Position numbers and translations under genes: made by a program | The notes under the pieces: model-generated | What the model saw: the letters and a program-made list of their open reading frames with translations, nothing else | Database searches by the model: none | What the model was told of the DNA's origin: nothing | NCBI GenBank assembly: GCA_965235115.1 | Contig: OZ249446.1 | Location: 5,642,001-5,706,000 of the forward strand | DNA: 64,000 nucleotides | Source: Laetmonice hystrix | Lineage: Eukaryota | Reading direction: 5' to 3' | In this document: positions 12,361 through 26,310 of the stretch, piece by piece | Layout of the letters: each line of letters opens with the position of its first letter | How positions within the stretch are numbered: the first letter of the stretch is position 1

Positions 12361-12647
12361 AGTTAACCAATAATTGGTACCGCGTTAACCAATAATTGGT
12401 ACCGAGTTAACCAATAATTGGTACCGAGTTAACCAATAATTGGTACCGAGTTAACCAATAATTGGTACCGAGAAACCAATAATTGGTACCGAGTTAACCA
12501 ATAATTGGTACCGAGTTAACCAATAATTGGTACAGAGTTAACCAATAATTGGTACAGAGTTAACCAATAATTGGTACCGAGTTAACCAATAATTGGTACC
12601 GAGTTAACCAATAATTGGTACCGAGTTAACCAATAATTGGTACCGAG
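12361..12647. repeat. Quasi-palindromic minisatellite, 22-bp unit, ~13 copies
   Basis: GTTAACCAATAATTGGTACCGA, period 22. Confidence 0.97.
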
Positions 12648-15081
12648 ATATCCAGTCAGACTGAGTGTTAATATCATCTTCCTGCATGAGGAATACACTG
12701 GTAAGCCGAGATACTACCCCCAGTGGTGCGAGTCGGGTGGGTTTCCTTAGAGCATTAATACCCCAATGTGGGAGACCTGGGCCAGTAGCTAATGGTTACG
12801 GTAGCTAATCGAGCCGAAGGTCGGGTTGCTATGATGACAGGGGATTCGTCTCACCACTATGCTCCGGTAACAGTCAGGAATGTGGGGCAGAAAAAAATCT
12901 GTAAAGGTTACATCATGCTGAGGTACTAGGATCTCTACCAAAGAAAATACTAACTAGAAACTCTGATTGGCAAGCAATACAGGTAGAATTCTATTTCCCA
13001 ATGGATTTCTATCACTATTTACAGTTTTCTGTCATATAATGTGACCATTCTGTGATAAATAATAATATATAAAAATAGCTTAAAATATTAAAATAAACTT
13101 TAACAAACAAACAAAGAATCTGCAAAGGTTAAACAAGACTACTGACGTGATGTCATGGATCAAATCCAGCAGGTGACTGGGTATAGAAACACGTGCATTT
13201 GATCTCGAAAAGGTCAAAGGTCAAATTCTGGTATATCATCAATAAGGCATAAGTAGGCCTACCTAATTAGAAACGATCATTCTAAAACTCCAGAAATGAA
13301 CCCTTCTCTGATAAAATTTAACACGTCATAAGTCAGTGACGTGACGTCATATGACGTAATCAGTCAATACCCGATCAGCTTAGTGCCTGGCCAATATTCC
13401 CTGCAAATTTTATCGCGATAGGTCTCCATATGTATCTATAGTATGAAGAATAGTGTAGACGAAACCCAGTAACTTCAAAATTTCACACACCCCCCGGGGA
13501 AGGGGGGGGGGGGTAACCATACTGACAGTAAACCAGTAGAACGATGACAGAACATAGATTCATGATAACAACACGGTCATGTCTATTCCACGTAGGTCTA
13601 TACAGTTATTAATTATCATTTCATACTCGGACGCTGTCGTCTTTTTGTTATCAGTAGAGTAGATTATTTACTTCGACACCAATGAGTTCCTCTTGGCCTT
13701 GACCTTGGAGCCATAGCTGGGATTAATACCTAGGTCTGTGGCGGTTGTCGTGGGATAAGATTACCTCTCAAGCCACCACTCATCTATTGATCTGACCAGA
13801 GTTGGCCACAATGGAGTCACACTGAGATGGTCTGTTAATCCTTGGGTGGCGAGGTCCAGCCGAGAGAAGTCAGCCGTGAGATCATTTCTGAACACAGAAT
13901 AGATTATACTCTATACCTACCGGGCACCCACTTACTGCTTATCTATATTACCACCAGACAACATGATACTCAATATTGCCATCATCTGTCCTGATCCACC
14001 TTATCAAACCCAGACGACAGGGGAGTCAGGCAATGAATGCTCACATCAACAGCCTCGGGACCTCCCAGGCCGGGGCGGGCTCCCAAGAATCTAATACTTA
14101 TAAAGCCGAGCACCCAAACCTGAAATAAATGCTTCTCCTTCAGTAAATGGCCGCCATGTACTGACGGAAACTTCCACTGTCTGGCGGACGGTATACACCT
14201 TCATTCGTGAGGCAGCCGCTATCAGAACTGTCCGGGTAAAACTACAATGTTTTCTAATAGATTTTATGTCCTCTGGACCGAGTTGACATTTCTAATCGAA
14301 ACCGCCTCGTTTTCAGCTGAAACACGAGAAAGAAATGTGCAATAACATTACGTCCTGCCCCATACGGCCGCCATTAAACCGACTGAGGCAGACCGAATTT
14401 CCCCTGGCGGCCGATTGAAAAATTAATCCATCCCAAGCGGATCTCCTCTCATTCGCCCGAGACTAATTTTAATTTGAGAAACAAATTATAAACCAGGCAA
14501 TTGTTTCGATGATTTTTTCCCTTCATTTGGTTCAATGTCGCCTTGTCAAAACAAGCAGAAATACAGCCACGGAACGTCTAATTTCTGTTTTTTTAGTTGG
14601 ACTTGGTTTCTCGAATTAATTACTTGGAACAGTATAACATATCCGCACGTTCGATTAAAATATATTTGACCGTTTTTTAACCCTACCAACTGCGATGTCA
14701 CCTTTGCTGCCTGTCTCTCATTCCAACAGGTGTTCCAAACTCTCAAGTCTACACTTGATAGGCCAACCGTACACTCGACATTATTTAGCAATGATCAAAA
14801 TTTGTCAATGATCGTCAATATCTTTCCGGAGACAATGGCATTACATTTAACCATTTCTAGGAAACCATTCCAACTCCTTTTACCTCTTTCTTCGACTATA
14901 ACCGACACAATATTATCTACCTGTTATTGTAAACGCCACCTGATGACTATAACCGTTGCACGTTTTAAAAAGATCCGTAAAACAAACTCACCAGTTCATT
15001 TGCTGAGTCCAACTCGGCGCCGCTATCTCGTTACCATATTCTCAGCGAAACACGACCTGCAAACAAAAGGATCGCAATCAG

Positions 15082-15247
15082 TATACGGTCCAGTTTTCGA
15101 ATGGACCGAACTCACGGTAATCTCGTTGTATTGACGGTAGGTCTGTAGCTATACGGTCCAAGTATGGACCAAACCCACGGTAATCTCGTTGTATTGACGG
15201 TAGGTCTGTAGCTATACGGTCCAAGTATGGACCGAACCCACGGTAAT
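15082..15247. repeat. ~63-68-bp tandem repeat, ~2.5 copies
   Basis: TATACGGTCCA...CACGGTAATCTCGTTGTATTGACGGTAGGTCTGTAGC at 15082, 15150 and 15213. Confidence 0.9.
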
Positions 15248-16522
15248 CAACCTAACCGCATGCACTCACAGATAATATCGTAATTGAGATCCAAGACAAG
15301 CCATCCCGTCTTTAGGGTAGGTCATTACAAAATACCACCTGCGTGCAATCATAGTACCTGCCACTGACAGCCCGTCACACAGGCGGCGAAATCTTATATG
15401 ATAAAGGTTCCTAGAACACAATGAAAGACAAAAACCTCATGGACACATGTCAGGGAACTAAAGATTTATACATACATACTATGGTCGTAGAATCGGCTAG
15501 AACTACCCGGCTTGAAATGCACTTTGCAGAACATATTTTGGGATTTATGTATAAAACAGCTCCAGCGATCACCTTTGAATGTTACAAAGAATTCTGAACT
15601 GCACTCCTTAACATACAATTAAAGAAATACATGTACACCGTTTAATATACTCGTCACACCAGAAAATTTCAGGAATTTGATATTATGCCGAAATATCCTT
15701 GTTGTTGTTCTATTCTATATAAAACCGACAATAAGACAACTTGGTTTCAGAACTACTGTCAGACGAGGTTTTCTCGGTTCAGCAGAGCGTAATTGAATCA
15801 TGTTGACCCAGCCACCTTACCGAGATTCCCCTTGGGATTACGCCCCAATTAGTTTAAGTCAAAGAAAATTGATGTCGTTTTATTTTTCTCTCGGTTGTTT
15901 ATGGCTGAGATATGTCACGACACAATGTCACCTACCAGTATGGATAATACGTGAAAACTTAATGACACGTGATTAGTGACACATTCTCAAGGTCACGTCC
16001 CACTAAACTTGACATTTCTTTAATTATAGAAGTATACCGTGCTGTACCCTTCTATGTATTGTTGTCAGGGCCGAATAATCTGACTGGAAATAAATCTTGA
16101 GAAATTGTAATAAGCTATGACAGAGCAATGACTTGTTGGTCTGAAATACGTCATAGTGACTGAAATTACATTTTGCGGTAAAAAGGCACCTTACCAAGGA
16201 CAAATTTTCAATATTATGATATCTATACCGGATATTATAACAATTGGGATCTACTCTCTGACCTTGAAGACTGTGTGGTTGGGTGGTCAATCTGAAATGA
16301 TCGTCGGCCATTTGAACACATTTCTCTTCTTGAAATGTGTTTCAACTGAGCTTATTTTCTCGGCAATATAAGTGTATCCTGCCAATACAACAGTATATGC
16401 CGCTCAGGGCGAGCATTTTCACGCAAAAAGAGGATTTTTCTATACAACATACCAGTCAATATATATTCACGGCAACCGTCATGAACAGCTGTTTACTCTG
16501 ACGAGATGTGACACTTGTTCAC

Positions 16523-17019
16523 AGATACGTCACTTTCATAATGTCTCTCAGACAGCTGCCATGTCATAACAGAAATTATTATAACTTCACTCAGTGCTCA
16601 CTGTCCACGCATTCTGTAGGAGATACGTTACTGTCATAATGTCTCCCAGACAGCTGCCATGTCATATATAACAGAAATTATTATAACTTCACTCAGTGCA
16701 CACTGTCCACACATTCTGTAGGAGATACGTCACTTTCATAATGTCTCTTAGACAGCTGCCATGTCATATATAACAGAAATTATTATAACTTCACTCAGTG
16801 CAGACTGTCCACGCATTCTGTAGGAGATACGTCACTGTCATAATGTCTCCCAGACAGCTGCCATGTCATATATAACAGAAATTATTATAACTTCACTCAG
16901 TGCACACTGTCCACACATTCTGTAGGAGATACGTCACATAATGTCTCTCAGACAGCTGCCATGTCACATATAACAGAAATTATTATAACTTCACTCAGTG
17001 CACACTGTCCACGCATTCT
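16523..17019. repeat. Minisatellite, 98-102-bp unit, ~5 copies
   Basis: GACAGCTGCCATGTC recurs at 16551, 16649, 16751, 16853 and 16951. Confidence 0.95.
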
Positions 17020-20007
17020 TTTTCATAGGCGAATCTGGTCTTCGCACACAGCCCGCTTCAGAACCATACTAAAATGTATCCATTACCTAAATTGCTTTCA
17101 AGATGTACTTCAACTACACTAGGGTACAACTCTGATCGAAAGTACTCTACTCCTCGGAGACCTGATTTCCTAATTGTGTCACCTACTTTCTTCAGAAGAT
17201 CTCCAGGAAGTTCTGAATGACGCGGGAAGGTTCCCCACCACTGGATTCCTTCCCCAATAACAGACCATCTCTATCGACCGGTCACCATCAACGTATCCAC
17301 CCAGTGTCTGCCATCGCCTTCCCGTTCAGACCGGTCACCATCAACGTGTTTGGTTTCTGCCATCAAGCCTTACCCAGCCACACCAGGGACGTGTAACATC
17401 CTAACTTAGACACAAAGACCCTTTCATGAATATTACATTATCTGGTGCTATATAAGGAAGAACAGCTCACAGCCAACGGCCAATCACAACATGGCATCTC
17501 GGAAACCTTTTAGACTTCCCCTATCATCCCTCTTCTGTCGGGAATTATATAAAGACAAACGACCCAGATTAGGAGACGATAACTCAATAAGCGGTCGGGT
17601 AATTGTGAGCTTTTAGAGACTTTTGGAGTACGCTTTCAGCCGTGCATTAGGCCCAAAACTTCACAATTCCCCAAATAACGAGATGGTTTGTGTAAATAGA
17701 ATCTTCCCCACCGCCAAATTCTCAAACTTTGGATTTTTTCCTCCTATTGATTCACCAACCCTCACCCTCCGATTCCGACGCTCTCCTGAACTGTACGGTA
17801 TCACAATCAAGTTCAAATCTCCAAATCAACCACAACCTTACCTATATTACACCTTTTGTGGTAAAATGGATATTCTTCATTCTCCCAGAGTCCCCCCCCC
17901 CCACACATTCTCCAATGAAGGGACGCTGAAGTAGTCGACGATCAATATGGTGAATAACCTAATTAATACTGCCAACATTAGCCGACGAATTGCTCTCCGA
18001 GTTGTAAGCCACTCTGACCGGCCTCCTCGCCACCACACGACCTAAGAGCTCCCCACACTCCCCACCCACAACTCTCACATCGGCTCTCTCACCCTCACTC
18101 TCACATGTCACGATACCCTTTGAAGACATACGGATATTACGTCCCAAGGCGTTGCCATCATATCCACCCCCTCCCCGGCTTTACTAATCCTTGATGTCTC
18201 CCGAGACCCAGCCTTCACAGTGCTGCTTTCTTCAAGCTGTCCGTGCAATATTACGGCCGCTGGCAGTCGACATGCTGATTTCGATCATCCACCATAAGTA
18301 AAGATGGTGTTCGCTCCTCAAAGTCACATGTCATCAGTCGACATCCCATCACCTACTACTGGTATATTGATCATTCATCCTTCTTCATGGAAATCCTACC
18401 ATTAGTCGTGACCAACATTACCTGCCGTACTGCGCATTCGGTTTTTATTATCGTACGGAAAGTAGTTCCACTTCAAATCTTGAACCTGGATTCTATAATG
18501 AAGTTCTCGAAATCAACACATTTCAGGTGTCTTTCTAATAGATAAGTTATTCATATCACATCTCCAGTCTAATCGATATTAGTACCTATGTAGCCTAATT
18601 TCCAATGTGTCGGCAAAAGAAGCAAGGGCTGCAATAAGATGATCATCCAGATCGGGCCGTAATGTAAGTGTCTACCAGTTTGATCACCTCTATACCTGAA
18701 CGACGGGTGCGTACCTGAGATATCCACGTGATTAATGACCTAATCAAAGGTTAGTCTCCGGCACCACGTCCGTCCTCGAGTACAGGCGGTCTGACCTGAC
18801 CTGCCCGTCCGCCAGCGCCCTCTGCCGGTCGGTGGTGGTGACATTGACGGACGACCACTCATCACAGGAAAGGACCACCGGAAACTCTTATGATCAGGAC
18901 AGACCGGCTCTGCGCCCGTCTCCTCCACCCTCGTCCACCTCTGCCTTTGTCTACCTCCGCCCTCGCCCACCGACTCAAAGGTTAGACCGTCACAGGAGAC
19001 GGAACGCGCGGGTTGAGCAATGTGACGTAACGGTGGAGTCCGGAAGGTCAACCAACAGGTGGCGCTGGCTGTGCTGGTCCACCTGACTGGCCATGACTGA
19101 TGACTCACACACACACCGGTTGTCGTTAGGACACACTGGTCGTCGTTACGCTATGGTCACCTATGAAACTGACAGGCTGACTTGATCTCAGCCAATCCAC
19201 ACTTCATCTCTGAAAGGTTACAACAGCTGATGGTTCCAGGCTTAACGTGAGTGGCCTTCAACAGACCATGCCCTTGAGCAACTAGACTTCAGTCATGCAA
19301 TACCTAAACCAAGTTAACATCCCAGCCAAAATGATGGCCAAACCCAGACATCATCCCAGCCAATGCGATCAGATGGCCAGGCCAAGACAAGGGTTCTGGC
19401 AATGAGATGGTCAGACATCCAGACATATCATCAAACTTTCTAGATGTATTGAGCAAAGCGGCGTTCTTCCTGAACCAAGGCCGCAAACCCAAACGCTCTT
19501 AAATTATTTCAGAAGAAGGGCACTGGTATGTAGTTCCCTTTCAGTGTCTCATATTATGGCAGGTCGGAACGCCCTAGAATTAAGATAAATGGATTCACGG
19601 AACTGGAGTGAAAATTCTGGTCTATCAGAACTAGTATCCACAACTGAAGCCATCTGGAGATGGTGAGAATACCATCGATAACAGATCCTCAGACCCACCT
19701 ATTTAACTGCTATGCTATAATAGGTATCATTTTACGTCAGAGACCAGACTATAGTGTCATAGTAAACTCGTATATCAGAAGCGCGGAATATAAATGATTC
19801 ATATAAGTTAAAAGCTCCTCTTAAACACCACGGGAGTAGCGCCTCCTTTCTTTGAAACGGTGGAGCCCTGCCATAAACCAGGTTTTTCTGTTGTTTTCAG
19901 TTGCCAATGGTTAGAATATCCTGGTTTCTCACGTAGCAGTATACTTGTACTTACGTTGGCGTATTTCCCTGTGAGAATACAACATGCAGGTAGAGCTCAT
20001 CCAGGAT

Positions 20008-20222
20008 GACCTTGACACCACGACTTTCTGGTGTCCATTGACATCATGCCTGTTTCTGGCCACGGGTTCCAGCAATCCTTCCCGACATATTCCACCATGG
20101 ACGACCTTGACACCACGACTTTCTGGTGTCCATGGACATCATGCCTGTTTCTGGCCACGAGTTCCAGCAATCCGTTTCAACATATTCCACAAATACACAA
20201 TCCCTCTTGACGACCTTGACAC
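20008..20222. repeat. ~95-bp tandem duplication with a partial third copy
   Basis: GACCTTGACACCACGACTTTCTGGTGTCCA at 20008 and 20103; partial copy at 20212. Confidence 0.9.
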
Positions 20223-21256
20223 AACATGACCATGACCTCCATACCGTCTCTCCTCGTAATAATGACGTCTTCCCGTGAGGTTAAACCCCACCCTCGGCGT
20301 GGTCGATAATAAACACGGCAAGGGCACATCTCAAGGTTGGCTGAGATCACGACCCACCCATGTCTCTGAACCTCACTGGTTCTAATGTTCGTGCGGGGAG
20401 ATCTTCGGCAAGATAAATTAACCTTCTAAAGATACGAGTCGGGATTTCTGACAAGTTTTCTTTGAATGATTACAGCAAAAGACATCTGAAAGGATCCATA
20501 TGCGGCAAGTTATGTTTTCACGGTGGCAGGCCTGGACGTTGATTAACCTGTCTGTCACACCTGCCACGTATGGGATAACACCACTCGGTCCCAGGGCCCT
20601 GTGGTTCAGTTCAAAGTCACCGCTCTGACGTCACAGCGCCGACGTTGGCACCTGTAACACGTCCATTAAGTCGCGAGTGTGAGCGATATGGACACAAGTT
20701 CATTTCATGGCCACTCCATTCTGGTTCACATCATCTACACTAGTCGCACCTGTCCATTGCTATACATGTACTCTAATTAACTCCTAATGGACTATTCTAG
20801 ATTCATGTTACCTTGGACATGTGTGGCGTAGTAAAAGACACCAAGCTCAGGGAAGATTAGTCCTGGAATATATACCCTTGTCATGGTATCACTGATCAAC
20901 ATACGAGACAGATTCTTCACAGGATTTTCATCAAGGCCTTATGTTGGGAGGACAGCTCACACAGCTGGAGACACAGGCTGTTAATATTACGTAGGTGGCA
21001 ATATTATGATGTTGTACCTTGTATCTCGTACAATAACGTTCTAGCCCAACCCTACATCGGCTATCCTCACCTCAATCCGAAAATCACGGAGGGCGGTTCC
21101 TGCAAACAGGTGACCTGACAATCCTAACGCTAATAGGTCAAGTCGGTCAGCCAGCCCTGACACACACCATCATCAGTGAGTCCATGTACACAGTGGGAGT
21201 TCCTACTGTAATGTACCAGTACCTATTACAGTATAACCCTTGATCCTGTTCAGCAG

Positions 21257-21316
21257 GTAGCTAGAGATGCTGTCCGACTACTTGTTAACACTTTCCATCA
21301 TCTCTGCTTGTTGCTG
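21257..21316 (+). CDS. Candidate exon (VARDAVRLLVNTFHHLCLLL)
   Basis: Acceptor ccttgatcctgttcagcAG, donor CTG|GTAAAT. 60 nt with only phase 0 open; amphipathic-helix-like. Confidence 0.45.
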
Positions 21317-22612
21317 GTAAATACGACCCAAACACCATGGGTCAAACCACCATCAACAACTGACGAGGCTGACGTTGTTACCAAGGGTGTCACCAACCCC
21401 CTGGCGTCCTGTGGGGGTCACCCCCCCCTAACTACCCCACACAGAATATATGATGGCGTATCACAGACTTCATATCTCAGAAATATTCCTATATACCGGG
21501 GAGGGAAGCGGTTGGGCAGACTCTCGGGCAGACAACCCATTACAGCGATATAAGCGGAGGCCCTGCAGAAAAATGTAGGCTTTCTATCTGACCATTTCTC
21601 TGAGTAGTTAGACGAACCTCATCTCAGATTAAGGTTTGTCAGGTTGCTGAACACGGGTTCCGTTGTCTATCACATTGTCCCTGTATAACAGTATCCTGGA
21701 TTGGTTCGTGTATTGGATGGGGACAAATTGACCTACCTTGACAGTTCCTGGAACAAGAATAGGACAAGAACTGGTCCACGCTGCCAGCCTCCTACAGGTC
21801 CGACCGATCCAGACCTGTTTGTTAGCAGCAAGTAGTACTGTTTCCTGTGACCACATATCTCCAGTACCTCATTCCACCCCGTCGCACTCCTACAGCTCGG
21901 CCCATATAGCCAGGATTCTCTCGCACCAGGAGGGTTGGGAGGAGAGCCTTCTTCCAATCAGCTTCACACCAGGTGGCTCTAGCTGGTGTCAAAGCCACAT
22001 ATCCACGCAAAGGCCGCCCGGTTTACGATTAGGGTAAAGATTTCTGACAGCATTACACATTTTCTCAGCATAGGGGCCTTTGCTAAATACTGCTTGCGCT
22101 TTTCTTTAGTCTATTTCGAAATTATGATATGTACTGGAGTAAATACGTGAAGAAGACCACACACCCGATGTACAGTTCAATCAAAGATGTCAAATCTCAG
22201 AATTTCAATTCCATGAGGCTGGCTCATCCATCAATGTTGACTTCAGACACCAGTGGCAGAGCCGGGGGTGGGACTGTGGAGTGGGAACCTTCCTGTTCTG
22301 TGTCAAGGATCTATGCACGGCTCCCTCTGCTTCAAGTCATTCTGTCCAGGGTTAGCGCTGTTGTACATCTCGTAATGAATTCCATGTGTGCCATGTATTC
22401 TGACCTGGCGTACACATACACCATGAACCCTGTCATATACAACACCAGGCTCTTTAAATGAGGGGCAAAGGTCGGTGAAGGGGTGTCATTGTTCGGTGGG
22501 GTATAATCTTGGGAAACTATCCAACCCTATGTCTTGGTGTTCATTTCAGGTTTGGTATTCTTCAACCAAAGCCTTTCCTGCAATTTGCTGACAGCATCTT
22601 TCAAGTGCATCG

Positions 22613-23251
22613 TCTTAGAATCAACCCTAAACAAGCTGAGATAGACTCACTGATTGCAGACCACAGATTTCTAACGATCATGATGTGGTTTCTAACGATC
22701 ATGATGTGGTTTCTAACGATCATAATGTGGTTTCTTAGAATCAACCCTAAAGAAGCTGAGATAGACTCACTGATTGCAGACCACAGATTTCTAACGATCA
22801 TGATGTGGTTTCTAACGATTATAATGTGGTTTCTTAGAATCAACCCTAAAGAAGCTGAGATAGACTCACTGATTGCAGACCACAGATTTCTAACGATCAT
22901 GATGTGGTTTCTAACGATCATGATGTGGTTTCTAACGATCATAATGTGGTTTCTTAGAATCAACCCTAAAGAAGCTGAGATAGACTCACTGATTGCAGAC
23001 CACAGATTTCTAACGATCATGATGTGGTTTCTAACGATCATGATGTGGTTTCTAACGATCATAATGTGGTTTCTTAGAATCAACCCTAAAGAAGCTGAGA
23101 TAGACTCATTGATTGCAGACCACAGATTTCTAACGATCATGATGTGGTTTCTAACGATCATAATGTGGTTTCTTAGAATCAACCCTAAAGAAGCTGAGAT
23201 AGACTCACTGATTGCAGACCGCAGATTTCTAACGATCATGATGTGGTTTCT
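22613..23251. repeat. Nested higher-order minisatellite (57-bp core plus 2-3 x 21-bp subunit)
   Basis: TCTTAGAA starts at 22613, 22733, 22832, 22952, 23072 and 23171 (120 or 99 bp spacing). Subunit TCTAACGATCATGATGTGGTT. Confidence 0.97.
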
Positions 23252-23579
23252 GACACCACATCAGGAGATTTTGAGAATGTTGTACACTAGAACCTCGGAC
23301 AGACTGTCGAGAATGTAAACCACTCTCATCACACCCATGGTGGCATCACCATAAAATTTGGAGATACATGACTACAAATCTACCTCGCCACAAACCTATT
23401 CTATATTTATTCTCTAGGATACCGAGGTTCAATACTGTGTGGCCGTAGACGTCTTACAATGAGACAAGCCACAATGACGTATGATAGAGGGCCGGTGGGT
23501 TAGACTAGCCGTGTAATGAGCCTACCGCCTGGACCACATCCTACATGTTGTCAGACCGACACCTTCCACCATTACTTAC

Positions 23580-23738
23580 ACGGCTACTCTACCCTCTATT
23601 GTTACCGTGATGGGTGAGGGATTCACCCGGTACACGAGGTCAGCGCCCTCTGGTGGTGGGGAAATCATCAGTCGGCCACGGTTCCCTGCACCCCACGCCA
23701 GGAGGACTCCGCCAGGTGGCGCCGTGCAGGGCGGCAAT
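23580..23738 (-). CDS. Candidate exon (LPPCTAPPGGVLLAWGAGNRGRLMISPPPEGADLVYRVNPSPITVTIEGRVA)
   Basis: Strong donor GT|GTAAGT at 23579 immediately before an in-frame stop. Acceptor cgtgtcAG. 159 nt, phase 2-2, GC-rich. Confidence 0.45.
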
Positions 23739-23760
23739 CTGACACGGGACGCTGGGCCCG

Positions 23761-24050
23761 CACCCGACCAGCTGGCCGAACTCCACCCGACCAGCTGGCC
23801 GAACTCCACCCGACCTGCTGGCCGAACTCCACCCGACCTGCTGGCCGAACTCCACCCGACCAGCTGACCGAACTCCACCCGACCAGCTGGCCGAACTCCA
23901 CCCGATCAGCTGACTGAACTCCACCCGACCAGCTGGCCTTACTCCACCCGACCTGCTGGCCTTACTCCACCCGATCAGCTGACTGAACTCCACCCGACCA
24001 GCTGGCCGAACTCCACCCAACCTGCTGACTGAACTCCACCCGACCAGCTG
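23761..24050. repeat. GC-rich minisatellite, 23-bp unit, ~12.6 copies
   Basis: CACCCGACCAGCTGGCCGAACTC. First and last unit starts are 276 bp apart. Confidence 0.97.
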
Positions 24051-25381
24051 ATGACGGTCTGTTGAAGGGCGAATCCACTAGGTCCATCGATCACCATGAA
24101 GAAGCACAATGAATTGTCTGGTCTGCTCAGATCTTCCTGCTGGAAATTGCCTCCTTCCTTGCAGAGACTCGGCTTTCCTGTACCACTATTCCTAAATCGC
24201 CCACTGACATGGAACCTTATAGCTCGTTAGAAAAGGTCAATGGTTCTCGAGTCACAACCACCTCACCCTCACACAACGCCATCTGGTGGTGGATGCTAGC
24301 CTCCAATATCTCTCCTGAATGGTCACCTTTTTTCACCAAAATACTTTTAGTGCCTTTCAAAGACGACCCCTCCCTCCTCCCCCAATCCAACAGATCCCAA
24401 CAACTACCTGCTATTGACCAGGTGAGGAGGGGCTGTGGGAGCCATTTGTTTTTAACCCTCATGGCTAATGGACACAAAAATCTGATCAAGCAAGCAACGA
24501 GAAGACAAAGTCGGCTCTTAATAACCGTTCTGTAGGTGATATATAACCTAAGAGCCATCAAAATGTGACCTTAAAGTTAAGTCAAATAACTGCCCCTACC
24601 AAACGATTAATTACTTAAAAATCCATCTGCAAATCAATGTAGCTCTTGCAAAGCCTCCAAACATGACACATACATACCCGAATACAAACTACCACACACA
24701 TTCTAGTAGCAATCAATACGAGCACAATTCTAGAAAATTAAGGTTTACATTAGTACATCGGCACCTCCTCAATCATGTGGCTATCACTGATCATTTAAAG
24801 AGTTTAGTAAATCAATGTGTGAGAACGCGGACAGTGGTGAAGTCCATCAGTACTCTATTGAAGCTCCACGGTATAACAGCCACAGTCCAACCAATTCACC
24901 AGCACATACAATGATTATAAAGGTAGCATTATTTCAGGAGTTCTAACACCAAAGGGCCATACTCCTGATCCAATCTACAAATACCACGAATAATAATAAT
25001 AATGCTAAATCCCCTTACAGTCAAATCAATACTGACAATGGTTATTCTGACAACCTGATGAAAGACTTTTTGGATCCAATGTAGGTCATATGAATTGAAC
25101 TATTAAGCCCTTTATGAAATGAGATGTATGATGTATTCAGACAGATTGCAAGGTTTACCATTTAGAATAACACCACCATCAACCATAAGGTCAAAGAGTA
25201 TGAGGATGTTTGATCACTATGAGCTCCCAGCCAGGATTTCTTCTTGCGTTTGTTCTGCATCAATTCCTGTAGCAAATCTGAACTATTATAAGATTTAACA
25301 TTTTTTCCATAGCGACAAAAGGTGGTCGACTTTGTTTTACATTTTCAATCAGGCGTGAAAGCGCAGGACGAAGGTTTTTAA

Positions 25382-25904
25382 AGGGGCATACTATGAAACA
25401 CGTTTTTGAGGATTTCCGGCAATTATCCAACATGATCGTGTACTAGGGATCCAAGTAAATAGTCCTACCACAGCATTTTGTCCTCCGACGTGTTTTCGCT
25501 GCGTATGCAGCACAAGTAGGTTCTATACGACCAAACCTATAGATTTCTCCCGATAGCACATCTCCCGCCATAATTTGGCGGACAACCTCCCATCAACCCG
25601 TGTAATTGCATTCTGTGTCACATCCTGTGTGTGCACTCTCTGCATGTGCTTAGTCACGTGCTTTGCTTAGTTGTAAACAATTCAGCAGGGGCACTCGATC
25701 GCCCGGCATCAGAATGCCACCCAAAAAATATTTTACGAAATCGGCAGAGAAGCGGGCAAGGGAGCTTAATAAACTTCGATTTCTTACGCGGAACTGATAA
25801 GTCTGTCTTTGTTTACCAAGCAATTTTAATGAAGGATCTCTTTATGAAAACAGCAAACGTTCTATGAAATATCGATTTTTAACATTTCCTCATAATATGC
25901 CCCT
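25382..25904. mobile_element. 523-bp non-autonomous TIR element with TTAA target-site duplication (Kolobok/piggyBac-like)
   Basis: TTAA|AGGGGCATACTATGA ... TCATAATATGCCCCT|TTAA. 15-bp TIR with one mismatch; no coding capacity. Confidence 0.85.
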
Positions 25905-26310
25905 TTAAAAACGTTGCTTATAAGATGACACTGGAGCTACGAACATACCTTGCCGACTTCAACGGGAGATCTAGCGACGTTTCTTGTAGCGAGTGACAAC
26001 TACCCGGTAATATTTCTGACTTTTTAGCGAATAAATCCGTACTATCTGAACAGTCCATTTAAAAACCGCCAAGCATAGACTTCCTAGTCTGAGCTTATAT
26101 CTGTGTCAGCAACAAAAGCTCTCTTCTCTACTGCGCAGTCGTAGCACTGAGACCACTGTATTAAAACGTCTACCACATGGTTGACAATCTAAATACAACA
26201 ATCCGAGATGGACTTGGAATGTGAGGAGGCCGAGTTTTGTTGACGGAGAGCTGAGATCATCCTCTCTGTACAGTAGACTCCAAACTCACTGTTCCCTAAC
26301 CACCTGCCAG

